A stretch of 18,704 nucleotides of DNA from Octopus sinensis (GCF_006345805.1 NW_021824452.1:1-18704), one strand, 5' to 3'; positions 1 to 10,583 are shown, counted from the first letter of the stretch. Translations and numbers: made by a program. The notes: generated from the letters alone by a model not told the origin.

Positions 1-307
1 ACCCACCACCATCATCATCATCGCCGCCCAATCTCCATTTTGCAGGTGGATGTTAAACGATGACGATGAGGAAAATTATGGATGCATTCATAAACATATG
101 GGCACCCATAAGGCAGAAAAATAGCCACGCGCGGGTATGTGTGTGTATATTTACATATTTACACATATATATCAACACACACATGTATACGAACGTGTAT
201 GCACCCATATGCATGCGCATCGCATCTGTATATTTACATGTAATGTACCAATGATCTCACACATATTCAAATATATATATATGTTATATATATATATATA
301 TATGTCT

Positions 308-394
308 GCATCAGCTAGCAAAATCGTTAGCGCCTCAAGTAAATTGCTTAGCAAAATTTCGTCCGTCTTTAATTGCTGCGTTCAAATTCCGCCG
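308..394 (+). mobile_element. Degenerate tRNA-derived SINE head (second SINE family), truncated
   Basis: A-box-like TAGCAAAATCG near 316 and B-box-like GTTCAAATTCC at 380-390. Layout resembles a cephalopod SINE head recalled from memory. Similarity stops after GCCGA. Confidence 0.5.
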
Positions 395-493
395 AAAATG
401 TGTAGAAAATAATGGAGGAATAACAAAAATCAACAAAGACGAAAAAGTCTCAGCAAGAAATTAATGGAAAGGTTATATAATGAGACAGAATGT

Positions 494-632
494 GTGTATG
501 TATGTATGTATTTATGTATGTATGTATGTATGTATGTATGTATGTATGTATGTATGTATGTATGTATGTATGTATATATGTATGTATGTATGTATGTATG
601 TTTGTATGTATGTATGTAGTTATGTATTTATG

Positions 633-666
<34 letters not shown>

Positions 667-699
667 TGTTTGTATTATGTATGTATGTATGTATGTATG

Positions 700-732
<33 letters not shown>

Positions 733-791
733 GTGTATGTATGTATGTATGTATGTATGTATGTATGTATGTATGTATGTATGTATGTATG

Positions 792-824
<33 letters not shown>

Positions 825-912
825 TTGTATTATGTATGTATGTATGTATGTATGTATGTATGTTTGTATTATGTATGTATGTATGTAGGTATGTATGTAT
901 GTATTATGTATG
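494..912. repeat. (TATG)n microsatellite with recurring TTTGTATT variants
   Basis: Directly visible. It generates the spurious MYVC/HTYI ORFs. Confidence 0.97.
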
Positions 913-1095
913 CATGCATGCATATACGTGCATACATGCACACATACAAACAGACAAACAGATTGCTGAAATCTACAAGTTTTCTCTCTCTCTCTCTGTA
1001 TATTTTCTCTTATTCCTTTGTGTTGTAGAGCGTAGGCTCGAAACGTAAAAGATATTTTCAATGTACTTGCTCGTTGTTCGTACACCTGTTTTTGT

Positions 1096-1111
1096 ATAGA
1101 TATATATATAT

Positions 1112-1146
<35 letters not shown>

Positions 1147-1161
1147 TACATATATATATAT

Positions 1162-1211
<50 letters not shown>

Positions 1212-1231
1212 ATATATAATATATATATATA
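1096..1231. repeat. Compound (TA)n/(GATA)n microsatellite
   Basis: Directly visible. Confidence 0.95.
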
Positions 1232-2579
1232 TTTGTATGTCTGTATGTAGAAAGATAGAGAAGGGAAGAGAGAAATAAACAAATCATATATACGTGTGTG
1301 TATAAATATAAATGTTAAATCTTCAAATTAATTTACCTCTATAACTCCAGGTTCAAATATGTCTTCAGTTAAAATTTTTTACAGAAGTTAAATATGTTTT
1401 ATCCACTTATCTGAATATTCTATTGCCTCATATAAATTATTGTCACACAGTGCAGCTGGTATCCTACAAGCATACTGAATTTTAATAACACTTCAAGTGC
1501 TTTAATAATTCTCCAAGTATTTTTTTAATGTCAGTGGCAGTACTTTCTGTTGATGTATATTATTGGTTGTACGTCTTTAATATCCGGGAAATAAATCCGC
1601 TTCCCAGATCTTTACCATTCTTACCCGTCAGGTGTCGGTCGCAGTGCAACATGAGATGAAACATTTTACTAACGGACATAATACACCTCCTCCCGTTCCA
1701 CAATTGAAACCACGACTTCATTATCGTGAGTACAGCACATTTAACCATGAGATCAAGTCCTCTCGACGCTATTTATATTACCAAAATGATATTTGTAATA
1801 TAAAGGCCGGTTAACATTTCAGAAACCATTTACTGAAAAAAGTGTTAGTGTTTTATCAATTATTGGGATGGCTATATCTTTTCAAAGACATGGCCTCATC
1901 TCTCTAGTCACTAAAATGCAAACCCAACGAATTTCCCTCGTTTCCTAGAAAAATTTTAAAAGTTGGTTATAAGTGATGTTTGTTGTTTACTGATGGCGCT
2001 TCAGTCGTAATCATCTTGTTGATTTACTTATATATTCCATTGTGTGGTGTGTAATTTTCTGACTTAAGACGATAGAGTGTGAGACAATGGAAGTTGGCTA
2101 TTATTACTTAACATTTCGAGCGGCAACGTATATCATTGTCACAAATACTCACCGTTGCGCAAATGCTAAAGTGATGGACATTCATTAGTATTGAAACCCA
2201 TATCTACAATAATTATTGAAATACACCACATGATGTAGATGTTAATTTTCATAGATCTCCACGAAGTACAAGTCCGACCTTACGATCGAGGTGAACCATC
2301 AACTTATTAAATAGCATCTGTGACTAAATCCTTCTGCTATTAGTAGAAGAATGTAAGTGATGTATTATAGGGTTTACTCCCCAAGCGCTTTTAGAATGGT
2401 GAAACTTTCATGTACATGGCCTATCCCAAGTACAACACTAGCACTAACTTGTTTGATAGCCTGTGTAATTTGTCGCAGGACTGCCACAGGCCTAGGTGCT
2501 ACACCGACCTTTGAAGGGTAAGGACGGCATTAATTCCATGAGCTGTTCACGTGAACATCCGCATACCAATTTATTATTC

Positions 2580-5500
2580 TATATACGCACAACAGTTTAA
2601 ATTGTTGGACCAAAACTTCATACATCGGGCTACATCAAGTAACATTAAATTTCAAGAACCTTCCTAAGTATCCTTGGTGTCCCTAACAACACTTTTCTGG
2701 AGCTGCACTAAACTAGGTTTAATGCTTATTTCCTTATTCCATCTGTTCAAATCTTTAGGAATAGTTCCTAGTACACCTATAGCTACTGGGATACATTTTA
2801 CCCGCACTTTCTATAGCCTCTGTAACTCAATGGCTAAGTGCTGGTACTTTGTTACTTTCTCTTTACCTCTCATATTCACTTTCTCATCATTGGGACTGTA
2901 AAGCCAATTACCTAATGCTGTCTGTTCTCTTTGAGTCCTAATACTTAATCAGGATTTCTAGTTTCTATTACTCTGTCAGTCTGAATGTTAAATTACCATA
3001 CCTTATATTTCTTACTTTCTAGCACTTTACTAGCTTCATCTTCATACCTTTTATCAGTAGGGTCAAATTCTAGCTCTCTACATAACTCTCACTGGATTAT
3101 TTTCCCTTGGTTGTCTGTCATGCCTTCTTGTATTCTTTCTTTGCCAGCATGCTATATTCACTTATGATATGAGGAATACTTTCTTCTTTTGATTTACATA
3201 ACCTATATTTCGGAGTTACCTGGTTCTGTTTTCTTAGCTTTTATCCAATTAATCCTCAATACTTGATCTTGTGCTGCTACTTACAAACTTTCTGTTTCCA
3301 TTTCCATATTCATTTCGGCAAGCATAACCATGTCTCATTTCTACTATTTTCTGCAACTATTTATGGGAATCTACCATGGAATGCCTTTCCTGGTTAATTA
3401 GATAATCTTTGTATTTTCTTGTTTTTAATTTCATTTGGCTTTTTGTCTCCCCTATCTCCTACTCTTAGTCTAACAACTCTTAATAAATGTTTTTCCGTAT
3501 TATCTACATAGGAGGTTGTATCTACTCTAGCTAACTTCACGCAGCATTCTACTGATATTAAACCTCTTCCACTTTCATTTCTAAATGAATATAATCTTGT
3601 TATTCTTGCTCTGGAGTAAAGTCTTCCATTCATATTGAATTCCTTCCTAGTTCTTTTATCTAGATTTGCTAATTCAGATTTTGTCTAATCTACAAAAGCT
3701 GCTGAATATCAAAGAAACGATACTGCTCAAGTATTTACAGACTTCACTGGATTTAAAAATTTTAGCTTTCACTTCATTCGCTTCCTCACCCTTCTCACGT
3801 ACTGCTTGTCGATTTTGTTTTCATTTCTATAGTTAGTACACTGTCACATTCTAATCCTCCTAGATACTAATAATTCTCTCCTTCTTTCAGTGATTTTAAT
3901 ATCTTTCCATCTGGTAGTTGGATGCCTTTACTACTGTCTACTTTCCCTTTTCCATGATTTATGTTGCGCACTTAATCTATGCCAATTTCCATACCTTGTC
4001 GAAGAGTGTTACAGTTCTTATTAAGGTGCGGCTAAAAGGCTTCAAATCATCCAGGTAGAGTAAATGGTTAACTTTTCCTTTACTTTCTCTAAACTGATAC
4101 CTTGACTTTCTTCATACTAAACTGAGGGCGGTTACACATAAAAATATTGAAGGTGATAACGAGACTCTCTGGAATATTCTTCGCTTTCTTTAAAGTTGTG
4201 TAACCTGTATAGAGATATACTTTCCAATTCTTTTTCTTTCTGCTTTAGCTAATTAACTCTCTTATGTTGCCCGCAATACTGAATATACTCAAATATTCAA
4301 TTTTCCATGAGTGCTGAATGATGCTATATGATTTCTTATAATCTATCCTTGTTATTGTTGAAGTTTTCATTCTCAATTTCACTTCTTTTAGAACTGCTTT
4401 GTCTATGTATAATAGATCTTTCGTTCTTCTAGCCTTCTTTCTGCAACATTTCAGTTCTTCTGGCAGCCAATTCTGGTTGTCAAAGTTCTTGTAAACACCT
4501 TCTCATAGCATTCATGTTAACAGTTTCCACACTAATGTTAAGCAAATGTTTGGTCTATAATTACTATTGACATGGCTCTTACTTTCGTCTTTCATAAGGA
4601 ATGCCGTTTTCCATCTCATCATCGAATCCGTATGACACCCCGATTCAGGCAATCCCTCACACTCTTGTGTTATCTACTAAATTTCTTTATCCAGTATACT
4701 TGAACTAAATCTGGTCCTAGACACTTCCTGTTCGGCATCCTTCCTAATACACTGATTAGTCTTAGATCTAACCACGCCTCTCTAACTACTTCTCTCACTT
4801 TCTTTAACCATGCTGCATCTCCATTATGATTCACTGGTTTATCCTAAATATTACTCCAGAACTTTCTAGCTTCTTCTGCATTACACTTCGCGTCTTCAGT
4901 AGATTCTTCTATACTATTTATTTGGCTACTAAATCTCCTCTGGTCTGTTTCAAACAATCCGTTCTGTTGATTCCGATCTATTCGTTTCTGATATCTGAAA
5001 AGCTGACCTGCTATTGCTATAATACGCTGTTTCAGATCTTCCGTGACTATCCCAAATCCTTGCTAAGTGATTAATTATTTTGTTTCTCAAGAGAGGATTA
5101 AGATCTTGTATTTCATAACGTACCCTCTTTACAGACTTCTGTTGTACTCAGGTCTTGTCTTCGCTCTATTTTCCACATCTACTCCTTACTACTCTTTTAT
5201 TTAAAAATACTTATGCTGCTAGAAGCTTCTACTCCTCATGCTTAAATCAATAAGTTAATGTCACCTATAATTTTAGTATGTCTCCTATTGATAACAGAAT
5301 CTACTTTCCTAGTAATATCTAGTAACTTCCTTCTATTAACACATTTTAACACTGGTAATCTTTCCCCTTATTTTTTACTCACTGCTTCGTGAAACTTATC
5401 TACAGTCTTCTCATCTTGCTCACGTACGTTGCTGGGGTCACTGGTGCCGGTTGTCCCTTCCTGATCGGTAGTATTTTCCTTCAGGTTCCTCTTTGGTTTG

Positions 5501-5883
5501 AATTGTATCTCTTTTATGGTTATTTGGATTTTCTGTTACTGCTCCTCCACCTCCAATTATTTCTAGCATTAGCCTCGTCTGCTTCACTCTGCTCTCTCAC
5601 TTTGAACAAACTCTTGTCTACCGAAACTGTTTACATCCGTTTTCTATAACCCCTTTCTTTCAGGTTCACTTTCTAAGTAGCACTGCATCTCTATCCTATT
5701 TTCTTCGCCGGGTCTCTTCCTTCCCCTTACCTTATTATCTGCTGATGCCTTATTAGGATAACAGCTGCCGTCAGACTATATCTGTACTGAACCACTGCCG
5801 AGCGAGAGGCATTCCTTGAAAGATCCACTCTCATTTTCGTTGTTACCACCAGAGTTTCTGTGTAAATTTATGTCCCTCATAAA
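2580..5883 (-). mobile_element. Near full-length, decayed R4/Dong-clade non-LTR retrotransposon (RT + CCHC knuckle + restriction-like endonuclease)
   Basis: Manual minus-strand translation across stops and frameshifts gives, in order: N-terminal CYLESEPERKG.RKRM-like segment (~5700-5630), GPDLVQVYWIKKF, NYRPNICLT, IDYKKSYS (~4340), KVNHLLYLDDLK (4030-4075), AAQDQ..RLCK..ESIPHIISE, RNPD, KEKVTKYQHL, IPVAIGVLG, QKSVLLGTPRILRKVLEI* (stop 2645-2647). Flanked by CAATTTATTATTC (2567-2579) and CAATTATTATTC (5884-5895). Confidence 0.92.
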
Positions 5884-6155
5884 CAATTATTATTCGACAT
5901 CTGATTGTTTCAAGTAAGTTTCAATTTGTTTTATTTGGAGAATATTGTATTGCAATAGTATGCTTTGTTATGCGGTTTGGTTTGAGTCTTCTGTCGTATC
6001 AACGTTACTATTGTGTGTTGTGTGTGGAGTGCGGGTCTGTACGGCACATGTAGTGGGAGCTGTTAATTTTGTTGGGTCTTTATTGTATGAGGTTATTCAT
6101 GTGTGTTTTGCGTAAATGTTGCATTGTAGTATGAGGAAAAATACAGTCAAACAAA

Positions 6156-6432
<277 letters not shown>

Positions 6433-6445
6433 TGGAATATACATA

Positions 6446-7703
6446 TCAGATTGAGTAAAAAGAAAACAGCATTTTGAATCATGAAAAATTTTCACCAGAT
6501 TTTTGCAATGTTTTAAATTTTTGTAACATTTTTTTACAACTGTCTGATAATAATGACACATACTTGCCCAACTGCATCAATAAATTAACATTGATTTTTT
6601 TTCACCGTTGTTACAATTATATGAACTGGAACTGTCAAAGAGCGATATTCGAGTAATTTTGCTATTCAACTTCAAAAAAAAAGGATGTAAAGTAGCTGAA
6701 ACTGTTCGAGATATCAACGAAACTTTGTGTGAGGAAATGACCAGTGAATGGTCAGCTCGAAAATGGTTTAAACGATTTTCCATTTGAGGCCTGAGCTTTG
6801 AAAATCATGAGCATAGTGGACACCCATCAGTCATTGATGACAGTTCAGTCAATTAAAGACTATCATAAAGAAAGATCCACGTAAAAGCAGACGAGAATTC
6901 GCAAAAGATCTTCAAGTTAGCCAGAAAACGGCATGCAACCATTTTCATGCGAACGGAAAATCAAAAGAGTTCGGAAATTGAGTACTACAAGATTTGAATG
7001 AAAATCAGAAAATGCGCAGATATGAAATTTGCTTGTCGCTTCTTCTCCGTAACTTGCGATGAAAAGTGGATTCTGTACAATAATAAAAATCATATTTCGC
7101 AGTGGTTGGATCAAAATGAAGAACCTAAAATCTTCCCTCACCCCAAGGTCTTTAAAAAGAATGTTATGGTGACTGTCTGATGGTGTACTGCTGGACTTAT
7201 TCACTATAACTTCTTAAAACCCGGAAGACCTATTACTGCAGAAACATAGCGTCATGAAATTGCCAAAATGAACGAAAGATTGCTACTCTTCCGTCCCAGA
7301 CAGGTCAACAGATGAGAGCCAATCGTTCTTCATGACAATGCTCGACTACACGTTTTACTAATGACGCTCCAGAAGTTGAGGAAACTTGGCTACGAAGTTC
7401 TTCCCCACCCACCTTATTCCTCTGACCTTTCTCCAACCGTTTCCCAATATTTCAAGCACCGTGATGATTTCCTGCGAGAGAAGAAGTTCGAAAATCAAAC
7501 CGATACTCAAAGTGCGTTCAAAGAGTTCATCAACTCCAGAACTCCAGACTTTTATTTGACGGGAATAAACAAACAACTTGTAACTCGTTGGCAGAAATGT
7601 GCTGACTGTGATGATACTAACTGTTATAAATAAAATTTTCGCATTGTTGAAATATATTGTGACGAATTTCGTGTTTCAAAAGGTTGCTAACTTCTTACTC
7701 AGC

Positions 7704-7707
<4 letters not shown>
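6446..7707 (+). mobile_element. Full-length but inactive mariner (DD34D-type) transposon
   Basis: Imperfect TIRs TCAGATTGAGTAAAAAG (6446-) and the reverse complement of CTTCTTACTCAGCCTGA (-7707), with TA on both sides; length ~1.26 kb. Broken transposase ~6627-7630: ELSKSDIRVILLFNFK, VTCDEKWILYNN, LHDNAR, HPPYSSDLSPT. The expected third Asp reads Val; several stops and frameshifts. Confidence 0.92.
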
Positions 7708-7766
<59 letters not shown>

Positions 7767-7792
7767 ATATATATATATATATATATATATAT
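7708..7792. repeat. (TA)n microsatellite
   Basis: Directly visible. Confidence 0.97.
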
Positions 7793-7845
7793 AAGCAATA
7801 ATAAATCTCTGAACGAGATGTAAACAGTAACCGCTCGACAACGTA

Positions 7846-8070
7846 AAGTATACTAGCCATCTCAATATGGCTAACCACAAAGGGTGGTTGTTACTGTAGC
7901 TTTTAGCCCCAGGAGATCATCGTCTCCAGCTGACTTTAGACACACTGGAAATAGGGTAAGGACACAGAAAGTGTGTCTAAAGCCAGCTGGAGACGATGAT
8001 CTCCTGGGGCTAAAAGCTACAGTAACACCCACCATTTGTGGTTAGCCATATTGAGATGGCTAGGGTACTT
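7846..8070. repeat. Long inverted repeat: 94-bp arms (7853-7946 and 7970-8063) with a 23-nt spacer
   Basis: Arms are reverse complements with 3 mismatches by manual comparison. Pairing extends imperfectly to AAGTA/TACTT at 7846/8070. Confidence 0.95.
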
Positions 8071-8088
8071 AGGTTATATGTATATATA

Positions 8089-8140
<52 letters not shown>

Positions 8141-8147
8141 TTTTACT

Positions 8148-8184
<37 letters not shown>

Positions 8185-8342
8185 AATTAAGGACTGAACA
8201 CGAAAAGGTGGACAGTCAACATGCTAGATATAGACGTCAAATCGCCATTCTCCACAAGATTTTGTTCTCAAATAAAAATAAAATTCAGCACGACCTAAAG
8301 CAATGGATGAGACAAAAGAAAAATACTAAATGGAATAATTAC

Positions 8343-8402
8343 CTACGTACTGCAGTTTCAGCTATTAATATCACAAGGATATCTGTAACTTCATCAGCGT
8401 AG
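8343..8402 (-). ncRNA. Type I hammerhead ribozyme, copy 1
   Basis: Minus strand reads CTACG CTGATGA AGTTA-cagatatccttgtgatattaa-TAGCT GAAAC TGCA GTA CGTAG. Intact core, 5-bp stem I, stem II with inner ATATC/GATAT, palindromic stem III. Predicted GUA cleavage between 8348 and 8347. Confidence 0.85.
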
Positions 8403-8849
8403 TTTGTTATGAGCATAATATGCTGTACTAGATGAAAAACGGTACCGGAGTCCCGCATGCAAAAAGTACAACCTATTACGTTCGGATGTATCTTTCGAAT
8501 GCCTCTACTTTTGGCGCGCTGATAATCGAAAAACTAGCCTGCAGTTAATAAATTAGCAGCAGTCAATTTATCGGTTTGAGAACATATATTTCATATTTAA
8601 AAATTAAGGGTAGAAATTGATATTAGTCAATTAAAACCAGTGGTCTAGCACATTAAAAAGAATCCGAAGATTAAAATATTTATATATACCAATTAAGGAC
8701 TGAACACGAAAAGGTGGACAGTCAACATGCTAGATATAGACGTCAAATCGCCATTCTCCACAAAGATTTTGTTCTCAAATAAAAATAAAATTCAGCACGA
8801 CCTAAAGCAATGGATGAGACAAAAGAAAAATACTAAATGGAATAATTAC

Positions 8850-8909
8850 CTACGTACTGCAGTTTCAGCTATTAATATCACAAGGATATCTGTAACTTCA
8901 TCAGCGTAG
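8850..8909 (-). ncRNA. Type I hammerhead ribozyme, copy 2
   Basis: Same sequence as copy 1, shifted 507 bp. Predicted cleavage between 8855 and 8854. Confidence 0.85.
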
Positions 8910-9356
8910 TTTGTTATGAGCATAATATGCTGTACTAGATGAAAAACGGTACCGGAGTCCCGCATGCAAAAAGTACAACCTATTACGTTCGGATGTATCT
9001 TTCGAATGCCTCTACTTTTGGCGCGCTGATAATCGAAAAACTAGCCTGCAGTTAATAAATTAGCAGCAGTCAATTTATCGGTTTGAGAACATATATTTCA
9101 TATTTAAAAATTAAGGGTAGAAATTGATATTAGTCAATTAAAACCAGTGGTCTAGCACATTAAAAAGAATCCGAAGATTAAAATATTTATATATACCAAT
9201 TAAGGACTGAACACGAAAAGGTGGACAGTCAACATGCTAGATATAGACGTCAAATCGCCATTCTCCACAAAGATTTTGTTCTCAAATAAAAATAAAATTC
9301 AGCACGACCTAAAGCAATGGATGAGACAAAAGAAAAATACTAAATGGAATAATTAC

Positions 9357-9408
9357 CTACGTACTGCAGTTTCAGCTATTAATATCACAAGGATATCTGT
9401 AACTTCAT
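9357..9408 (-). ncRNA. Truncated hammerhead, copy 3
   Basis: Keeps GAAA, stems II and III, and GUA. The array ends inside the core, so only ATGA of CTGATGA remains and the 5' strand of stem I is missing. Confidence 0.75.
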
Positions 9409-9446
9409 ATATATATCTATGTATGTATATATATATATATATATAT

Positions 9447-9486
<40 letters not shown>

Positions 9487-9506
9487 AATAATTGTCACAA
9501 ATTATA

Positions 9507-9561
<55 letters not shown>

Positions 9562-9580
9562 TACAGATATACATATATAC
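9409..9580. repeat. Interrupted (TA)n microsatellite
   Basis: Directly visible. Confidence 0.9.
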
Positions 9581-9627
9581 AGATACGAAGTCTAAGCAAA
9601 TATCACCAGCCGACAGGTGTCTGCTAC

Positions 9628-9673
9628 TCTAGGCCGATGAAGGACAATGATCCTGAAACACGGTATCCCTAGA
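9628..9673 (+). ncRNA. Variant hammerhead-like motif
   Basis: TCTAGG CCGATGA AGGA caatga TCCT GAAAC ACG GTA TC CCTAGA. Core has a U4C change; stem I register is imperfect. Confidence 0.45.
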
Positions 9674-9839
9674 TGCAGTTCCGACGGCCGGATGTGTTTG
9701 TCTCCCCTTCGTATATGTATATAAGGACACAGGGAAAAAATGTGTCGAATCTGTCAGGAGGCGTTCGATGCTTCCTAGGGCTATACAACGGTGGGGTACA
9801 CCCTACTGTCACGTTCTTGTTAGATTGACAGTATACAAC

Positions 9840-9845
<6 letters not shown>

Positions 9846-9881
<36 letters not shown>

Positions 9882-9988
9882 TTTTATATAAATATATATA
9901 TTATATTATATTATATTATATTATATTATATTATATCATATTATATTATATTATATTATATCATATATATATATATATAATATATATA

Positions 9989-10047
<59 letters not shown>

Positions 10048-10057
10048 TATGTATATA
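9846..10057. repeat. (TA)n and (TATAT)n microsatellite
   Basis: Directly visible. Confidence 0.93.
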
Positions 10058-10583
10058 TAGGGTGACCCCAAAAAACAGAACCCGTAAAAAAATGTATTAT
10101 ATACTACAAGGAGCCAGCAATTTTTTAAAAATTTACTGGACTTTAACTTCGGTCTGTGTTCGATTCTTCCCTGTGCATAAAAGTCATGTTCTTTTCAAAA
10201 TATGCTCCAAATGGCACACTTGCATACATCGTGCAAAATTGTTAAATACTCGGACACATTCCTCTTTGGGGATTTCCCTGATTTCTGTGGCGATTGCTGC
10301 CTTCAGTTCATCAATCGTTTGAAGGTTGTTCTGATAAACATCATCCTTGATAAAGGCCCACAAATGAAAATTCTGGTGGATTCAAGTCCGCTGAAGCCCA
10401 CTCAACGTCACACTTCCTGCTGATCAGTCTCCCTTGAAATCGCTCACCCAGCCGGGCTTGGGAGCCATTTGAAGCGTGAGGAGGTGGGTGGCCCCGTGTT
10501 GCTTGAACTACTGTTCATCTCGATCTATCGCGAAATTTGTATGGTTTAATACAATTTTTGGGGGTTCTATTTTGTATTCTGTA
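10058..10583 (-). mobile_element. Internally deleted Tc1/mariner-superfamily element (rosa/DD41D-like transposase C-terminus)
   Basis: Ends are related in inverted orientation: CAAAAAACAGAACCCGTAAAAAAATGTATT versus minus-strand CAAAATAGAACCCCCAAAAATTGTATT; TA flanks. Minus translation gives EQ*FKQHGAT, RLISRKCDVEWAS, DLNPP, LWAFIKDDVYQNNLQTIDELKAAI. Subfamily is judged by motif resemblance only. Confidence 0.8.

Larger units (their letters stand above)
8181..9408 (-). repeat. Tandem array of a ~507-bp unit (2 full + 1 partial copy), retrozyme or Penelope pseudo-LTR-like
   Basis: CCAATTAAGG recurs at 8183, 8689 and 9196 (spacing 506, 507). Copies look identical apart from one A-run indel. (TA)n lies on both sides. 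Confidence 0.95.

Noticed and set aside
38-124. Possible terminal exon after TTTTGCAG (WMLNDDDEENYGCIHKHMGTHKAEK*)
   Set aside because: Short, no recognisable homology, and the GTTAAACGATGACGATGA segment resembles a retroelement (GAT)n tail.
60-1287. ORFs rich in MYVC, HTYI or YI repeats, also at 6080-6454, 14460-15069 and 15749-16329
   Set aside because: They are translations of (TATG)n, (TA)n and (CA)n tracts, which lack stop codons in some frames.
1440-2060. hAT-transposase-like words (TDGASV near 1990, HCVV near 2038, TGKNG on the minus strand)
   Set aside because: Motif order, spacing and strand are inconsistent. It cannot be supported without a profile search.
2544-2557. 14-bp perfect palindrome TGTTCACGTGAACA containing an E-box
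   Set aside because: Isolated site with no gene context. One such palindrome in a window this size is weak evidence.
7808-7845. CTGAACGAG...CTCGACA, and CTGGAGA...AAAAGCT in the fold-back arms, as hammerhead cores
   Set aside because: No GAAA, wrong core spacing, and no stem I.
8183-9408. Tandem array as a CRISPR array or satellite DNA
   Set aside because: No unique spacers, eukaryotic context, and only 2.4 copies with an embedded ribozyme.
8208-9491. Repeated ORF (..ILFSNKNKIQHDLKQWMRQKK..) in each tandem unit
   Set aside because: About 60 aa, no start context or homology, antisense to the ribozyme, and its N-terminus changes with a single indel.
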